Assembly: GCA_005889225.1 (NCBI GenBank)
Contig: VBEW01000016.1
Span: forward strand, 2,229-66,228
Length of the DNA: 64,000 nucleotides
Origin: Chloroflexota bacterium
GTDB taxonomy: Bacteria > Chloroflexota > Dormibacteria > CF-121
Direction of reading: 5' to 3'
In this document: piece by piece, positions 1-8,488 of the stretch
Layout: each line of letters begins with the position of its first letter
How positions within the stretch are numbered: the first letter of the stretch is position 1
The notes under the pieces: generated by a model
Told to the model about the DNA's origin: nothing
Databases searched by the model: none
The model's input: the letters and a program-made list of their open reading frames with translations, nothing else
Translations under genes and position numbers: made by a program

Positions 1-681
1 GTCGACGAGGCGTCGTTTCAGTACGCGCACATCCAGCCGAGCTTCACCCTGGATGCACAGCCGGTTAACAGTCGGAACCTGTCCTACATCGACTTCCTCG
101 TGCCCGGCGTCATCGCGATGTCGATCATGCAAACCGGCTTGTTCAGCGTTGCCTTCTCGTTCGTCGCCTATAAACAGCAGGGGATACTGCGACGGCTGAT
201 GGCCACGCCGATGCGCGTTCCGGACTTTCTCATGTCCCGGATCGTGACCTATCTGGTGATGGCGGTGGTGCAGATGGCGATCCTGATCGTGCTCGGCCTG
301 CTGCTCTACCACCTGCATTTCGTCGGCAACATTGCGTACCTGATCATCGTCGGCTTCATCGGCGCCGCCATCTTCATGGCGGTCGGCTTCACCATCTCGG
401 GGTTTGCCAGGGATGAAGGGGCCGTGGCGGCGATTGCCAACTTGATCTCGTTTCCGATGATGTTCCTCTCCGGAGTCTTCTTCTCCCTGTCCAATGAACC
501 CGGCTGGTTGCAGCCCATTACGAAGGTGCTGCCGCTGACCTTCCTGGCGAATGCCCTTCGAAGCATCAGCCTCGATGGCGCCAGCTTGTGGGCGGTGCGA
601 GGCGAGCTGCTCGGCCTGGCCGTCTGGTTGGTAATTGCCCTGGTCCTGGCCACCCGGTTGTTCAAGTGGGAGGTTGCGTGA
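1..681 (+). CDS. ABC-2 type transporter permease, 5'-partial (reading frame open from position 1)
   Basis: Polytopic hydrophobic protein with ABC-2/YadH-like profile; frame 1 is open back to window start; TGA stop at 679-681 overlapping next ATG. Confidence 0.7.
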   Translation, partial: VDEASFQYAHIQPSFTLDAQPVNSRNLSYIDFLVPGVIAMSIMQTGLFSVAFSFVAYKQQGILRRLMATPMRVPDFLMSRIVTYLVMAVVQMAILIVLGLLLYHLHFVGNIAYLIIVGFIGAAIFMAVGFTISGFARDEGAVAAIANLISFPMMFLSGVFFSLSNEPGWLQPITKVLPLTFLANALRSISLDGASLWAVRGELLGLAVWLVIALVLATRLFKWEVA

Positions 682-1085
682 TGGCGGTCGAACTCAGCCC
701 GAAGATGCAGGAATTCACCCAGGAGGTCTATCCGGCCATCATCGGGACAAACCGCAAGGACGGCAGCGTCCAGATCAATCCCGTCTGGTTCGAATTCCAG
801 GACGGGTCATTCTGGATCAACGGGGGCACGAACCGAGGGTGGTTCAAGCATTTGCAGCGCGACCCGCGCATCACCCTCCTGCTGATCGACCCGAAGAACA
901 TGTTTCGCTGGGCCCAGGTCCAGGGCCGCATGGTCGACTGGGCCGAAGATCCCGGTGGCGAGCACATCAATCATCTCTCCCATCGCTACACCGGCCGCGA
1001 CTACCAGAATCCGCGCACCGGCCGGATCAAGATCCAGATCGAGCCCGAGCGGGTGATGGGGTCCATCGATGGCTGGGGACGGTAA
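681..1085 (+). CDS. PPOX-class (pyridoxamine 5'-phosphate oxidase-like) probable F420/FMN-dependent protein
   Basis: ~134 aa; NPxWFEF...FWxNG...RDPR motifs typical of PPOX/Rv1155-like split-barrel family; ATG at 681 overlaps upstream stop (TGATG). Confidence 0.6.
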   Translation: MAVELSPKMQEFTQEVYPAIIGTNRKDGSVQINPVWFEFQDGSFWINGGTNRGWFKHLQRDPRITLLLIDPKNMFRWAQVQGRMVDWAEDPGGEHINHLSHRYTGRDYQNPRTGRIKIQIEPERVMGSIDGWGR

Positions 1086-1485
1086 AGCGGTCGCGGCCAT
1101 CAGCCCGGCCGTTCAGGCGCTCGTAGCGCAACCCATCCTGACGGTCGTCGGCACCAAACGCGCCGATGCAACGCTGCAGCTGAACCCGGCCTGGTTTGAG
1201 TTCACCGACGGCTACTTCTGGTTGAACAGCAACCGCTGGCGCACCTGGCCGAAAAACGTGCAGCGGGACCGTGATATCACGTTGAACTTCATCGATGCCA
1301 GCGAGCCGTTTCGGTGGGCCTCGATCCACGGCAGGCTGGCGGACGTGATCCCCGATCCAGACCACGAGTTCATCGATCGGCTGGCCCGGCGGTATTCCGG
1401 ACGGGTGTTTCGCGAGCTCCGCCCGGGCGAAGAGCGGATCACGCTCAAGATCGAACCGGTCAGCGTAACCGGCGAAATGATCTAG
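1069..1485 (+). CDS. PPOX-class F420/FMN-dependent protein, tandem paralog
   Basis: Same conserved blocks as upstream gene (NPAWFEF, GYFWLN, RDRDITL, RWASIHGR); tandem duplication. Confidence 0.6.
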   Translation: MAGDGKAVAAISPAVQALVAQPILTVVGTKRADATLQLNPAWFEFTDGYFWLNSNRWRTWPKNVQRDRDITLNFIDASEPFRWASIHGRLADVIPDPDHEFIDRLARRYSGRVFRELRPGEERITLKIEPVSVTGEMI

Positions 1486-1486
1486 A

Positions 1487-3793
1487 TCAATCTCCTCCCC
1501 CGCTCGCGGGGGAGGGCAGGGTGGGGGCTTTCCGAATCGCTTCCCAGATCCGACACGGCGTCAGCGGCATATCAAGCTCACGGATGCCCAATGGCCGCAG
1601 CGCGTCCATCACCGCGTTGACGACGGCCGGAGTCGATCCCGTCGTCCCACCTTCACCGATGCCCTTGACTCCCATCGGATTGTGCGGGGTGGGGGTTTCG
1701 GTGCGGTCGGTTTCGAACATGGGTAGATCGGCCGCGGTGGGGAGGAGGTAGGTGGTCAGGTTGCCGGTCAGCAATTGGCCGTCCGGGTCATAGACGACGC
1801 CTTCATAGAGCGCCTGGGCAAGACCCTGGGCGATAGCGCCGTGGAGCTGACCATCAACAATCATCGGATTGATCACCGGACCGCAGTCGTCCACCGCGAC
1901 GTACCGGAGGACTCTCACCGAGCCGGTCTCGGGGTCGACCTCGACGTAGGCGAGGTGCGCGCCAAAGGGGAAGACGGTATCCGGTGGATCGAAGCTCGCC
2001 TTCACAGCGAGCTCATCCGTTCGGCCCTCGCCGGCAGCCCAGCCGGCGATGTCCTTCAGCGTCATGAACCGGGTTGGAACGCCGCGGACGTGCACCCGCC
2101 CGTCGGTCACAACGACATCGGCAGTGGCCGCCTCGAACGCCGCCGCTGCCAGCGCTCGGACCTTTCGCTTGAGCCGGACCGCCCCCTCGTGGACCGCCGC
2201 TCCAGAGATGGCGGCGCTCCGGCTGCCGAACGTGCCGACGGCGTAGGCCGGTTGGTCCGTATCGCCATAGAGGACCCGGACCTTGTCGAACGGTAGGCCG
2301 AAGGCATCGGCGGCGAGCTGGGCCCAGGTGGTCTGGTGACCCTGGCCGTGCGGGGTCGACCCGGTGATCACGGTGATGGTCCCGTCGGGTTCGAGCTGGA
2401 CTGTAGCCCGATCCTCGGCAAATCCGGCGGCTTCCTCGACGTAGGTCGAGATCCCGATCCCCCGCAAGCGGCCGCCCTCGCGCGCGGTTTGCTGCGCGCG
2501 CCGTAGCCCCGAGTAGTCCGCGAGATCGATAAGCCGCTTCAGGCTCGCCTGGTAGTTGCCACTGTCGTAAGTACTGCCGGCGGCGTTGGTATAGGGGAAC
2601 TCCGAGGGCTGAACGAAATTGCGGAGCCGGACGTCGACCGGGTCCAGGTCGAGCTCGCCGGCGAGCCGGTCCATCATCCGCTCGATCAGAAAAGCGGCTT
2701 CGGGACGGCCGGCGCCGCGATACGGGCCGGTCGGAGTGGCGTTCGTATAAACCGCGCGCAGCGTGCTCTGCGAGGCAGGAATGCGGTAGCAGCCCGTCTG
2801 CAATTCCGCCACGACCGTGGGAACGAAGGCGCTGTAGGGCTCCAGGTGCGCGCCCATGTCGGCCAGGACTCGGGATCGAACCGCGAGCACCGTACCGTCG
2901 CGTTGCGCGGCCAGTTCGACGTCCTGCACCTGGCCCCGTCCGTGCCAGGTCCCGGCGCAATTTTCGGACCGCTCCTCGATCCACTTGACCGGGCGGCCGA
3001 GCCGCCGGGCGGCAGCGGCCACCGCGATCTCTTCGCCCACGCAGCCACCCTTGCTGCCGAATCCGCCACCGACGTCCTCGACGATAACCCGCACATCGGC
3101 CTCATCGATCTTGAGGCTGGCGGCGATGGCTTCGCGCACGCCGTACGCCGATTGCGAGGAGAGTTCGATGGTCAGCCGCCCGTCATCGATCCAGGCAAGC
3201 GCACCGCGCGGCTCGAGCGCACTCGGGATCAGCCGCTGGTTGACCAGCCGCTCCTTGACGATCACCGCGGCGCGGTCGAAGGCCCGCTTCACCTGTCCGT
3301 GCTTGGACTCTCGACCGAAGGCGAGGTTGGTGCCGAACTCCGGATAGATGAGTGCCGCGTTCTCCGCCAGGGCTCCCTCCATGTCCATGACGACGGCCAG
3401 CGGGTCGAGCTCGAGATCGATCCGCTCCAGCGCATCGACCGCCAGCTCGCGCGTCTCGGCAACGAGCATCGCGACGGCCTCGCCGACGTAGCGGGTGCGA
3501 CCCGCGGCGAGCACGGCCCGCTCCGGCAACGGCACGCCGTGGACCGGCGCCTCGATCTCCAGCGGCGCCAGGTCGTCAAAATCGGCGGCCGACCAGGCGG
3601 CCACGACTCCTGGCGTGTTCCTCGCCGCATCGAGGTTGAGGCCGGCAATCGTCGCGTGGGCCAGGTGGCTTCGCAGGAAGACGGCATGCAGGCAACCGGC
3701 GGGTTGGACGTCATCGACATAGCGTCCCGCGCCGCGGATCAGCCGCGGGTCCTCGACGCGCCGAACGGAGGCACCAAAGACGGGGGGCGTCAT
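1487..3793 (-). CDS. Xanthine dehydrogenase/CO dehydrogenase family molybdopterin-binding large subunit, form II CoxL-like
   Basis: VGGGFGSKG motif; AYRGAGRPE active-site loop (form II signature rather than AYXCSFR); ~770 aa; probable start at MTPPVFGASVRRVEDPRL (Met37 of the track ORF). Confidence 0.8.
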   Translation of the reverse strand: MTPPVFGASVRRVEDPRLIRGAGRYVDDVQPAGCLHAVFLRSHLAHATIAGLNLDAARNTPGVVAAWSAADFDDLAPLEIEAPVHGVPLPERAVLAAGRTRYVGEAVAMLVAETRELAVDALERIDLELDPLAVVMDMEGALAENAALIYPEFGTNLAFGRESKHGQVKRAFDRAAVIVKERLVNQRLIPSALEPRGALAWIDDGRLTIELSSQSAYGVREAIAASLKIDEADVRVIVEDVGGGFGSKGGCVGEEIAVAAAARRLGRPVKWIEERSENCAGTWHGRGQVQDVELAAQRDGTVLAVRSRVLADMGAHLEPYSAFVPTVVAELQTGCYRIPASQSTLRAVYTNATPTGPYRGAGRPEAAFLIERMMDRLAGELDLDPVDVRLRNFVQPSEFPYTNAAGSTYDSGNYQASLKRLIDLADYSGLRRAQQTAREGGRLRGIGISTYVEEAAGFAEDRATVQLEPDGTITVITGSTPHGQGHQTTWAQLAADAFGLPFDKVRVLYGDTDQPAYAVGTFGSRSAAISGAAVHEGAVRLKRKVRALAAAAFEAATADVVVTDGRVHVRGVPTRFMTLKDIAGWAAGEGRTDELAVKASFDPPDTVFPFGAHLAYVEVDPETGSVRVLRYVAVDDCGPVINPMIVDGQLHGAIAQGLAQALYEGVVYDPDGQLLTGNLTTYLLPTAADLPMFETDRTETPTPHNPMGVKGIGEGGTTGSTPAVVNAVMDALRPLGIRELDMPLTPCRIWEAIRKAPTLPSPASGGGD
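1491..1530 (+). repeat. G-rich palindromic repeat copy 1 (CCTCCCCCG-CTCG-CGGGGGAGGG + CAGGGTGGGGG)
   Basis: 10-bp GC stem plus downstream G-tracts, near identical to copies at 46459-46500 and 52307-52350; lies 6 nt after PPOX stop and encodes the last ~13 codons of the convergent CoxL-like gene. Confidence 0.6.
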
Positions 3794-3818
3794 TTCGACG
3801 AGTGTATCCTCGCCGTGA

Positions 3819-5378
3819 ATGGGCAACCCCGACGGTTCGATGCCCAGCCTCCTTCCCGAGAACAGCTGGCGTGGCGACCCGGCGCTCCGAGCAGTGCTCA
3901 CCTCCTGGTTGCGGCCGCAGACGCTCGCCTGGGCGGAGCCGGCGCTGATCGAGATGGGTCGCGCTGCGGCCGACGAGCTGCAGGACTGGGGCGATCTGTG
4001 CGAGCGACAGCCCGCGGTGCTGCAGCAATTCGATGGCTGGGGCGACCGCGTCGATGAGGTGCGCTACCCACCGGCCTGGCGCGAGATAGCGGCGGCGGCC
4101 GCCCGGGCGGGACTGGTGGCCGCTCCATACGAAACCGAGACGCTGGCCCGCGCCGGGGCCGAGGCGCGGCTAGTGCAGGCGGCGCTGTGTTACCTCTTCG
4201 CCCCGTCGACCGCAACCTATCTATGTCCGGTTGCAATGACCGATGGCGCCGCCCGGGTGCTCGTCGAGGACGGAGGCGCTCCAGCGGGGGACGACGCGTT
4301 GCGCCACCTCATCTCCCGCGATCCGGCTTCGGCATGGACTTCGGGACAGTGGATGACCGAGCGCCAGGGCGGGTCGGACGTGGGAATGAATGCCGTCGTT
4401 GCCAAACGCGATGGCGACGAGTGGCGCCTCTTCGGCCAGAAGTTCTTCTGTTCGAACATCGGCTGCGAGATGGCCCTCGCGCTCGCGCGTCCGGAGCATG
4501 CGCCGCCGGGGACCCCGGGGCTCGCGCTCTTCCTGGTGCCGCGTGACCGTCCCGACGGTCGCCGGAACAGCTACCGCATCGATCGATTGAAGGACAAACT
4601 GGGCACCCGTGCGATGGCGACCGGCGAGGTGACGCTCGACGGCGCGCATGCCGAACTGGTGGGCGAGGCGGAGCGCGGCTTTGCCCAGATGACCGCGATG
4701 TTGAACATCACCCGGCTGCACAACGCCATCACGGCCGCCGCCATCATGCGACGCGCCCTGATGCTGGCGTCGGCGTACGCCGCCCGACGGGAGGCCTTCG
4801 GCCGGAAGCTCGATGAGCATCCCTTGCACCAGGAGGTCCTGCGCGCGATGGCGGTCCAGGCCGATGGCGCGCTGCACCTCACGATGCGGATGGCACAGCT
4901 GCTGGGCCGGATCGAGACGAAGGAGGCGACCAGCGGCGAGGCGGCGCTCTTCCGGCTCGGGATCGCGCTGACCAAGCTCTATACGGCGAAGCAGGCCGTG
5001 GCGGTCGTGTCGGAGGCGCTCGAGTGCTTCGGGGGCCAGGGCTACGTGGAAGATACCGGCCTACCGAGGCTGCTCCGCGACGCGCAGGTGCTCCCCATCT
5101 GGGAGGGGACGACCAGTGTCCTGGCTCTCGACAGCCTGCGCGTCCTTCGCCGGGCCGAAACGCTGGACTGCCTCAGCGCGGAGCTGGAGCGGTTGGATGC
5201 GCCGGACGCGCGGCGCGCGCTCGACGAGGCCCATCTGGTGATCCGGGGGGACGCCGAATCGGCGGAGCGAGCGGCACGGCGGCTGGCGTTCCGGCTGGCG
5301 GAGTCCTGGATGACCGGTCTCCTACAGGCGTCGGAAACGCCCGTTACCCTGCCAGGTATCGGGCTGCGGCCGCGGTAA
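3819..5378 (+). CDS. Acyl-CoA dehydrogenase family protein (AidB-like, long form)
   Basis: C-terminal GGQGYVEDTGLPRLLRDAQVLPIWEGTTSV block typical of ACAD/AidB; ~520 aa; exact start uncertain. Confidence 0.75.
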   Translation: MGNPDGSMPSLLPENSWRGDPALRAVLTSWLRPQTLAWAEPALIEMGRAAADELQDWGDLCERQPAVLQQFDGWGDRVDEVRYPPAWREIAAAAARAGLVAAPYETETLARAGAEARLVQAALCYLFAPSTATYLCPVAMTDGAARVLVEDGGAPAGDDALRHLISRDPASAWTSGQWMTERQGGSDVGMNAVVAKRDGDEWRLFGQKFFCSNIGCEMALALARPEHAPPGTPGLALFLVPRDRPDGRRNSYRIDRLKDKLGTRAMATGEVTLDGAHAELVGEAERGFAQMTAMLNITRLHNAITAAAIMRRALMLASAYAARREAFGRKLDEHPLHQEVLRAMAVQADGALHLTMRMAQLLGRIETKEATSGEAALFRLGIALTKLYTAKQAVAVVSEALECFGGQGYVEDTGLPRLLRDAQVLPIWEGTTSVLALDSLRVLRRAETLDCLSAELERLDAPDARRALDEAHLVIRGDAESAERAARRLAFRLAESWMTGLLQASETPVTLPGIGLRPR

Positions 5379-6600
5379 CGACCCGCGCCGCCTGAACGAT
5401 CTCGTCCACGGCGATCCACTCATCGGTCGAGTGCGCCTGCCGGACATCGCCGGGGCCGTAGAGGATGGCCGGCGTTTCTGCCTCGTGCACCAGTAAGCGC
5501 ATGTCCGAGCCGTACGGCGCTCCCGCGAGTTCGGGGGCGATACCGAACTCATCGGCATGCGCCGCGCGGAGCGCCCGAAAGGCCGGAAGCTCCGGATCGA
5601 CTTCGACCGCATCGAACTGACCGCCGTACCACTCGATCTGCGGGGCATGCTCCGCCAGCCACGGGTCCCGCTGGGCGGCGTCGGCGATCGCCGCGGCGAA
5701 CATTCGCCGGACCTCGGATGAGGCCATGCCGACCGGGACTCCGACGCGACCCTCGCATTCGAGCTCGTCCGGCACCGTCGATGACCAACTGCCGGCGCGG
5801 ACCCGGCCAATGCTCAGCGCGTAAGCAATCGGGTACTGGCTGAACAGCGGATGAGCCTGCTGATTGAGGGAGCGCTCGAGCTGGCGAAGCCGTGCCTCGA
5901 TCAGCTGATATTTTTCGATGGCGCTGATGCCCTCATAGCGAACCGACGCGTGCGCGGAGCGCCCGCTGATGCGCAGGCGGAAGGTCAGCGCCCCGGCTTG
6001 GGCAGGGATGATCCGCAGCCGGGTGGGCTCGAGCACGAAGGCAGCGTCCGCTCGGTAGCCGCGCTGCGCCATCGCGAAGCTCCCGATGCCGCCGTCTTCT
6101 TCGCCCACCACGCTCTGCACCACCAGGCGCCCGCGAAGCTGGAGCCCGCTCTTCTTCAGCGCCGCGCCGGCGCTGATGGCGATGGCCAGCCCGGCCTTCA
6201 TGTCACATGCGCCGCGTCCATAGAGGCGGCCGGCATGGATATGGGCCGACCAGGGTGAGGCGTGCCAGGCCTGGCGGTCGCCTGCTGGCACGACGTCGAC
6301 GTGGCCATTGAGAATCAAGGACCGCTCGCCTTTGACGCCGAGCAACCCGGCGACCAGGATCGCCGCCGTGCGCTCGACCTCCATTCCGGGAAAGCGCGGA
6401 TGCTCCTTCAGCAGGGAGACGTCGGCCTCGAAGCGGTCGACCTCCAGGCCAGCTGCTTCGAGGGTGAGCGCAACCAGGTCCTGGGCATCGCGTTCGTCGC
6501 CGGTGACCGAGGGGACGCGGATCAGGTCCTGCGCCAGCCGGACGCACGCACCGGTGTCAAGCGCCTGGAGGGCTTTAGCCTCCGCCCGCTCTCCGATCAC
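5344..6600 (-). CDS. M20 family metallopeptidase (ArgE/DapE/succinyl-DAP desuccinylase-like)
   Basis: LIRVPSVTG, NGHVDVVP, GRGACDMKAG, VGEEDGG motifs; track ORF N-terminal 214 aa are a wrong-frame GC artefact; GTG start at 6600 (VIGERAEAKALQ...) inferred. Confidence 0.75.
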   Translation of the reverse strand: MIGERAEAKALQALDTGACVRLAQDLIRVPSVTGDERDAQDLVALTLEAAGLEVDRFEADVSLLKEHPRFPGMEVERTAAILVAGLLGVKGERSLILNGHVDVVPAGDRQAWHASPWSAHIHAGRLYGRGACDMKAGLAIAISAGAALKKSGLQLRGRLVVQSVVGEEDGGIGSFAMAQRGYRADAAFVLEPTRLRIIPAQAGALTFRLRISGRSAHASVRYEGISAIEKYQLIEARLRQLERSLNQQAHPLFSQYPIAYALSIGRVRAGSWSSTVPDELECEGRVGVPVGMASSEVRRMFAAAIADAAQRDPWLAEHAPQIEWYGGQFDAVEVDPELPAFRALRAAHADEFGIAPELAGAPYGSDMRLLVHEAETPAILYGPGDVRQAHSTDEWIAVDEIVQAARVVTAAAARYLAG

Positions 6601-6629
6601 CGGGTGAGTGTAATCGCGTGGCGCGGTTC

Positions 6630-7808
6630 CTACAGGTGTGGGAACTGCTGCTGGCCGAGGTAGACGAGGTAGTCCGGCACGTTCACCAGGTTGGTCAGGC
6701 TGTAGACGAAATTCCAGAAGGTTGCGCTGACCGGTCCGCCCTGCCAGAGCAGATAGAAGAGGAGCAGCAACGGCAGCATGCCGAGGCGACTGGCAAGGAT
6801 TCGCAGATCGATGGAGAGCCAGGGCGCGATGATCCCGAACCCGTCGAAGGGCGGGATCGGGATGAGGTTGAGCACCAGGGCGGTGAACTGCAAGAACACG
6901 AGGAAGGCGAGGGCGCCCCAGAAGTGGACGTCGCCGAAGGGTGGTTCCCCCTGGAAGGCAAGGAATGGCCAGCCGATCAAAATGGCGAAGACCAGATTCC
7001 CCAACGGGCCACCCGCCGAGGCGAAGCTGCGCCATCGATCGGTTCGGATCGCTCGCTCGTTCAGGTAGACGGCGCCGCCGGGCAGCCCGATCCCGCCGAT
7101 GAGAAGAAAGACGATCGGCAGCGCGATGCTCAAGACGGGATGCGTGTACTTCAGCGGATTGAGCGATAGGTAGCCGGCCGCCGCCACCGACCGGTCTCCG
7201 CCCAGGTAGGCGATGAGGGCATGTCCGAACTCGTGGATGCAAAGCGATGTGATCCAGCCGCCAACCACCAGCAGGACGCTCAGCAGCAGGGTCAGCCCCG
7301 GGGCGATGCCAAACCAGAGACCCAGGCCGCCGATGATCGCGGCGCCGACCGGGATCGCGAACACCGGGCTGACGCGGACCGCGCGGGCGAGCGACGGCAG
7401 CGGTCGACGGCGAGCGTCCTTCGGACCCGACCCTGGAGCGGTGAGGTATTGGCGGATGGCGTAGATCGAGATCCCGGCTGCCTCCAGCCGTTCGGCGGTG
7501 CGCGCGGAGTCCTTATAGAGAAGGGCTAAAAGCACGTGGGCGGGATCAACCTGGTAGTGGCCCATCTGCTCGGCCTCGCGGTGCGCATTGTTGAGGAGGT
7601 ATCGCGTCGCCGTTCCGATCGGGGCCGGCGCGGCCGGCAACATGGGATCGAGCTGCGGTGATTGGCTCAGGGCGCCGATGTTGGCGTTGAGCGCCGTCAG
7701 CGCCCGGTGGCCCGGGTTCTTGGGCAACAGCGCGATCGCTTCCAGCAGGTGGATCGGATCGGCCCGCGATACGCCGCGCATCGTGGCAACGCGCTGCCCC
7801 AGCTCCAC
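6630..7808 (-). CDS. Clp N-terminal repeat domain fused to site-2 protease (peptidase M50) membrane domain
   Basis: Two Clp_N repeats (HLLEAIALL; HVLLALLYKD) followed by TM region with HEFGHAL (HExxH) and LNLIPIPPFDG (LDG) motifs of M50/S2P. Confidence 0.7.
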   Translation of the reverse strand: MELGQRVATMRGVSRADPIHLLEAIALLPKNPGHRALTALNANIGALSQSPQLDPMLPAAPAPIGTATRYLLNNAHREAEQMGHYQVDPAHVLLALLYKDSARTAERLEAAGISIYAIRQYLTAPGSGPKDARRRPLPSLARAVRVSPVFAIPVGAAIIGGLGLWFGIAPGLTLLLSVLLVVGGWITSLCIHEFGHALIAYLGGDRSVAAAGYLSLNPLKYTHPVLSIALPIVFLLIGGIGLPGGAVYLNERAIRTDRWRSFASAGGPLGNLVFAILIGWPFLAFQGEPPFGDVHFWGALAFLVFLQFTALVLNLIPIPPFDGFGIIAPWLSIDLRILASRLGMLPLLLLFYLLWQGGPVSATFWNFVYSLTNLVNVPDYLVYLGQQQFPHL

Positions 7809-7909
7809 AACCTCGCGCGCTGACCCGGTCAGCGGGATCTCATGCGCGATTTGCTTGAGCGTCCAGCCCTCGGTGGCGCCTCCACCCGATTCAGCCGCCC
7901 CCGTTGACG

Positions 7910-8068
7910 TCAGGGCTTGACCGTTCCGATGCGCATCCGGAGGCGACCTTCGATCTGGCCGAGCAGCCAGGCGGCAAACTGCTCATGCGACGGGTGTTGT
8001 TCCTTGACCATTTCCAGCATCTCATCGTGGATGTGGGTCAGCAGCTTCAGGAACTCGCTGTCATCCAT
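7910..8068 (-). CDS. Small hypothetical protein (52 aa, helical)
   Basis: Perfect SD AGGAGGT 6 nt upstream of ATG (MDDSEFLKLL...); non-biased composition. Confidence 0.45.
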   Translation of the reverse strand: MDDSEFLKLLTHIHDEMLEMVKEQHPSHEQFAAWLLGQIEGRLRMRIGTVKP

Positions 8069-8136
8069 TCCCCACCTCCTGGTCGGGCGCATGATCGGAG
8101 CAGCCGGTGGGGAAAATTGTAAACGGCCCCGGGCAA

Positions 8137-8163
8137 CAAAAAAAGCGGCCGGCGGGCCGCTTT
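8137..8163 (-). terminator. Rho-independent terminator (AGCGGCC-GGCG-GGCCGCT followed by T7 on minus strand)
   Basis: 7-bp GC stem, 4-nt loop, A-tract upstream and T-tract on minus strand immediately 3' of the 8182-8400 minus-strand gene. Confidence 0.6.
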
Positions 8164-8181
8164 CCGGTCGTTATATCTCGC

Positions 8182-8400
8182 TCAGACGTCGTGGTGTTCG
8201 ACCTCGGTTGCGTCGGTGGTGTGATGGTGGTGCGTTCCGCCGTACATGCCGCCCGCCACCAGGTTATAGATGACGCCGGCGATGGCCAGCACCAGGAGCA
8301 GGAAGATCAGGGACCCGCCAACCTGGAACGACCAGCCGAGGAGCCACAGGACGACCAGGACGACAACCGCCAACCAGATCAGACTCGTCAAATTGTTCAC
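8182..8400 (-). CDS. Small two-TM membrane protein with His-rich C-terminus (GGTHHHHTTD)
   Basis: Two hydrophobic helices, GGAGGAGG upstream, followed by strong terminator; start codon choice (GTG/TTG) uncertain. Confidence 0.45.
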   Translation of the reverse strand: MNNLTSLIWLAVVVLVVLWLLGWSFQVGGSLIFLLLVLAIAGVIYNLVAGGMYGGTHHHHTTDATEVEHHDV

Positions 8401-8488
8401 CTCCTCCGAAGCCTGATGGCTTCCCCTTCAGGTTATATTAACGATATCATATCTAATGGGTCGACGATGACCAGGAATGGGGTGAGGA

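Noticed and set aside
2013-2984. 323-aa Arg/Gly/Pro-rich ORF on the minus strand inside the CoxL-like gene. Similar long antisense or alternate-frame ORFs: 8453-9406, 9815-10492, 19792-20958, 24006-25169, 26301-27716, 28262-29137, 31888-33120, 34967-36130, 36179-37519, 42293-43363, 45481-46368, 47032-47994, 50963-51910, 57250-58389, 59321-60196, 61263-62336, 63122-63997
   Set aside because: Low-complexity R/G/P/A-rich translations overlapping well-supported genes on the other strand or frame. This is the usual open-frame artefact of ~70% GC DNA.
5344-7242. 632-aa track ORF treated as one protein
   Set aside because: Only the C-terminal ~419 aa (M20 peptidase) look protein-like. The N-terminal 214 aa are R/P-rich and overlap the Clp-N/S2P gene, so the start was moved to GTG 6600. 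The same logic applies to 27123-28376 (E1beta), 36212-38080 (GH4), 15977-17104 (MarR), 41810-43741 (MshC-like), 18446-19438, 50780-52282 and 55579-56097.
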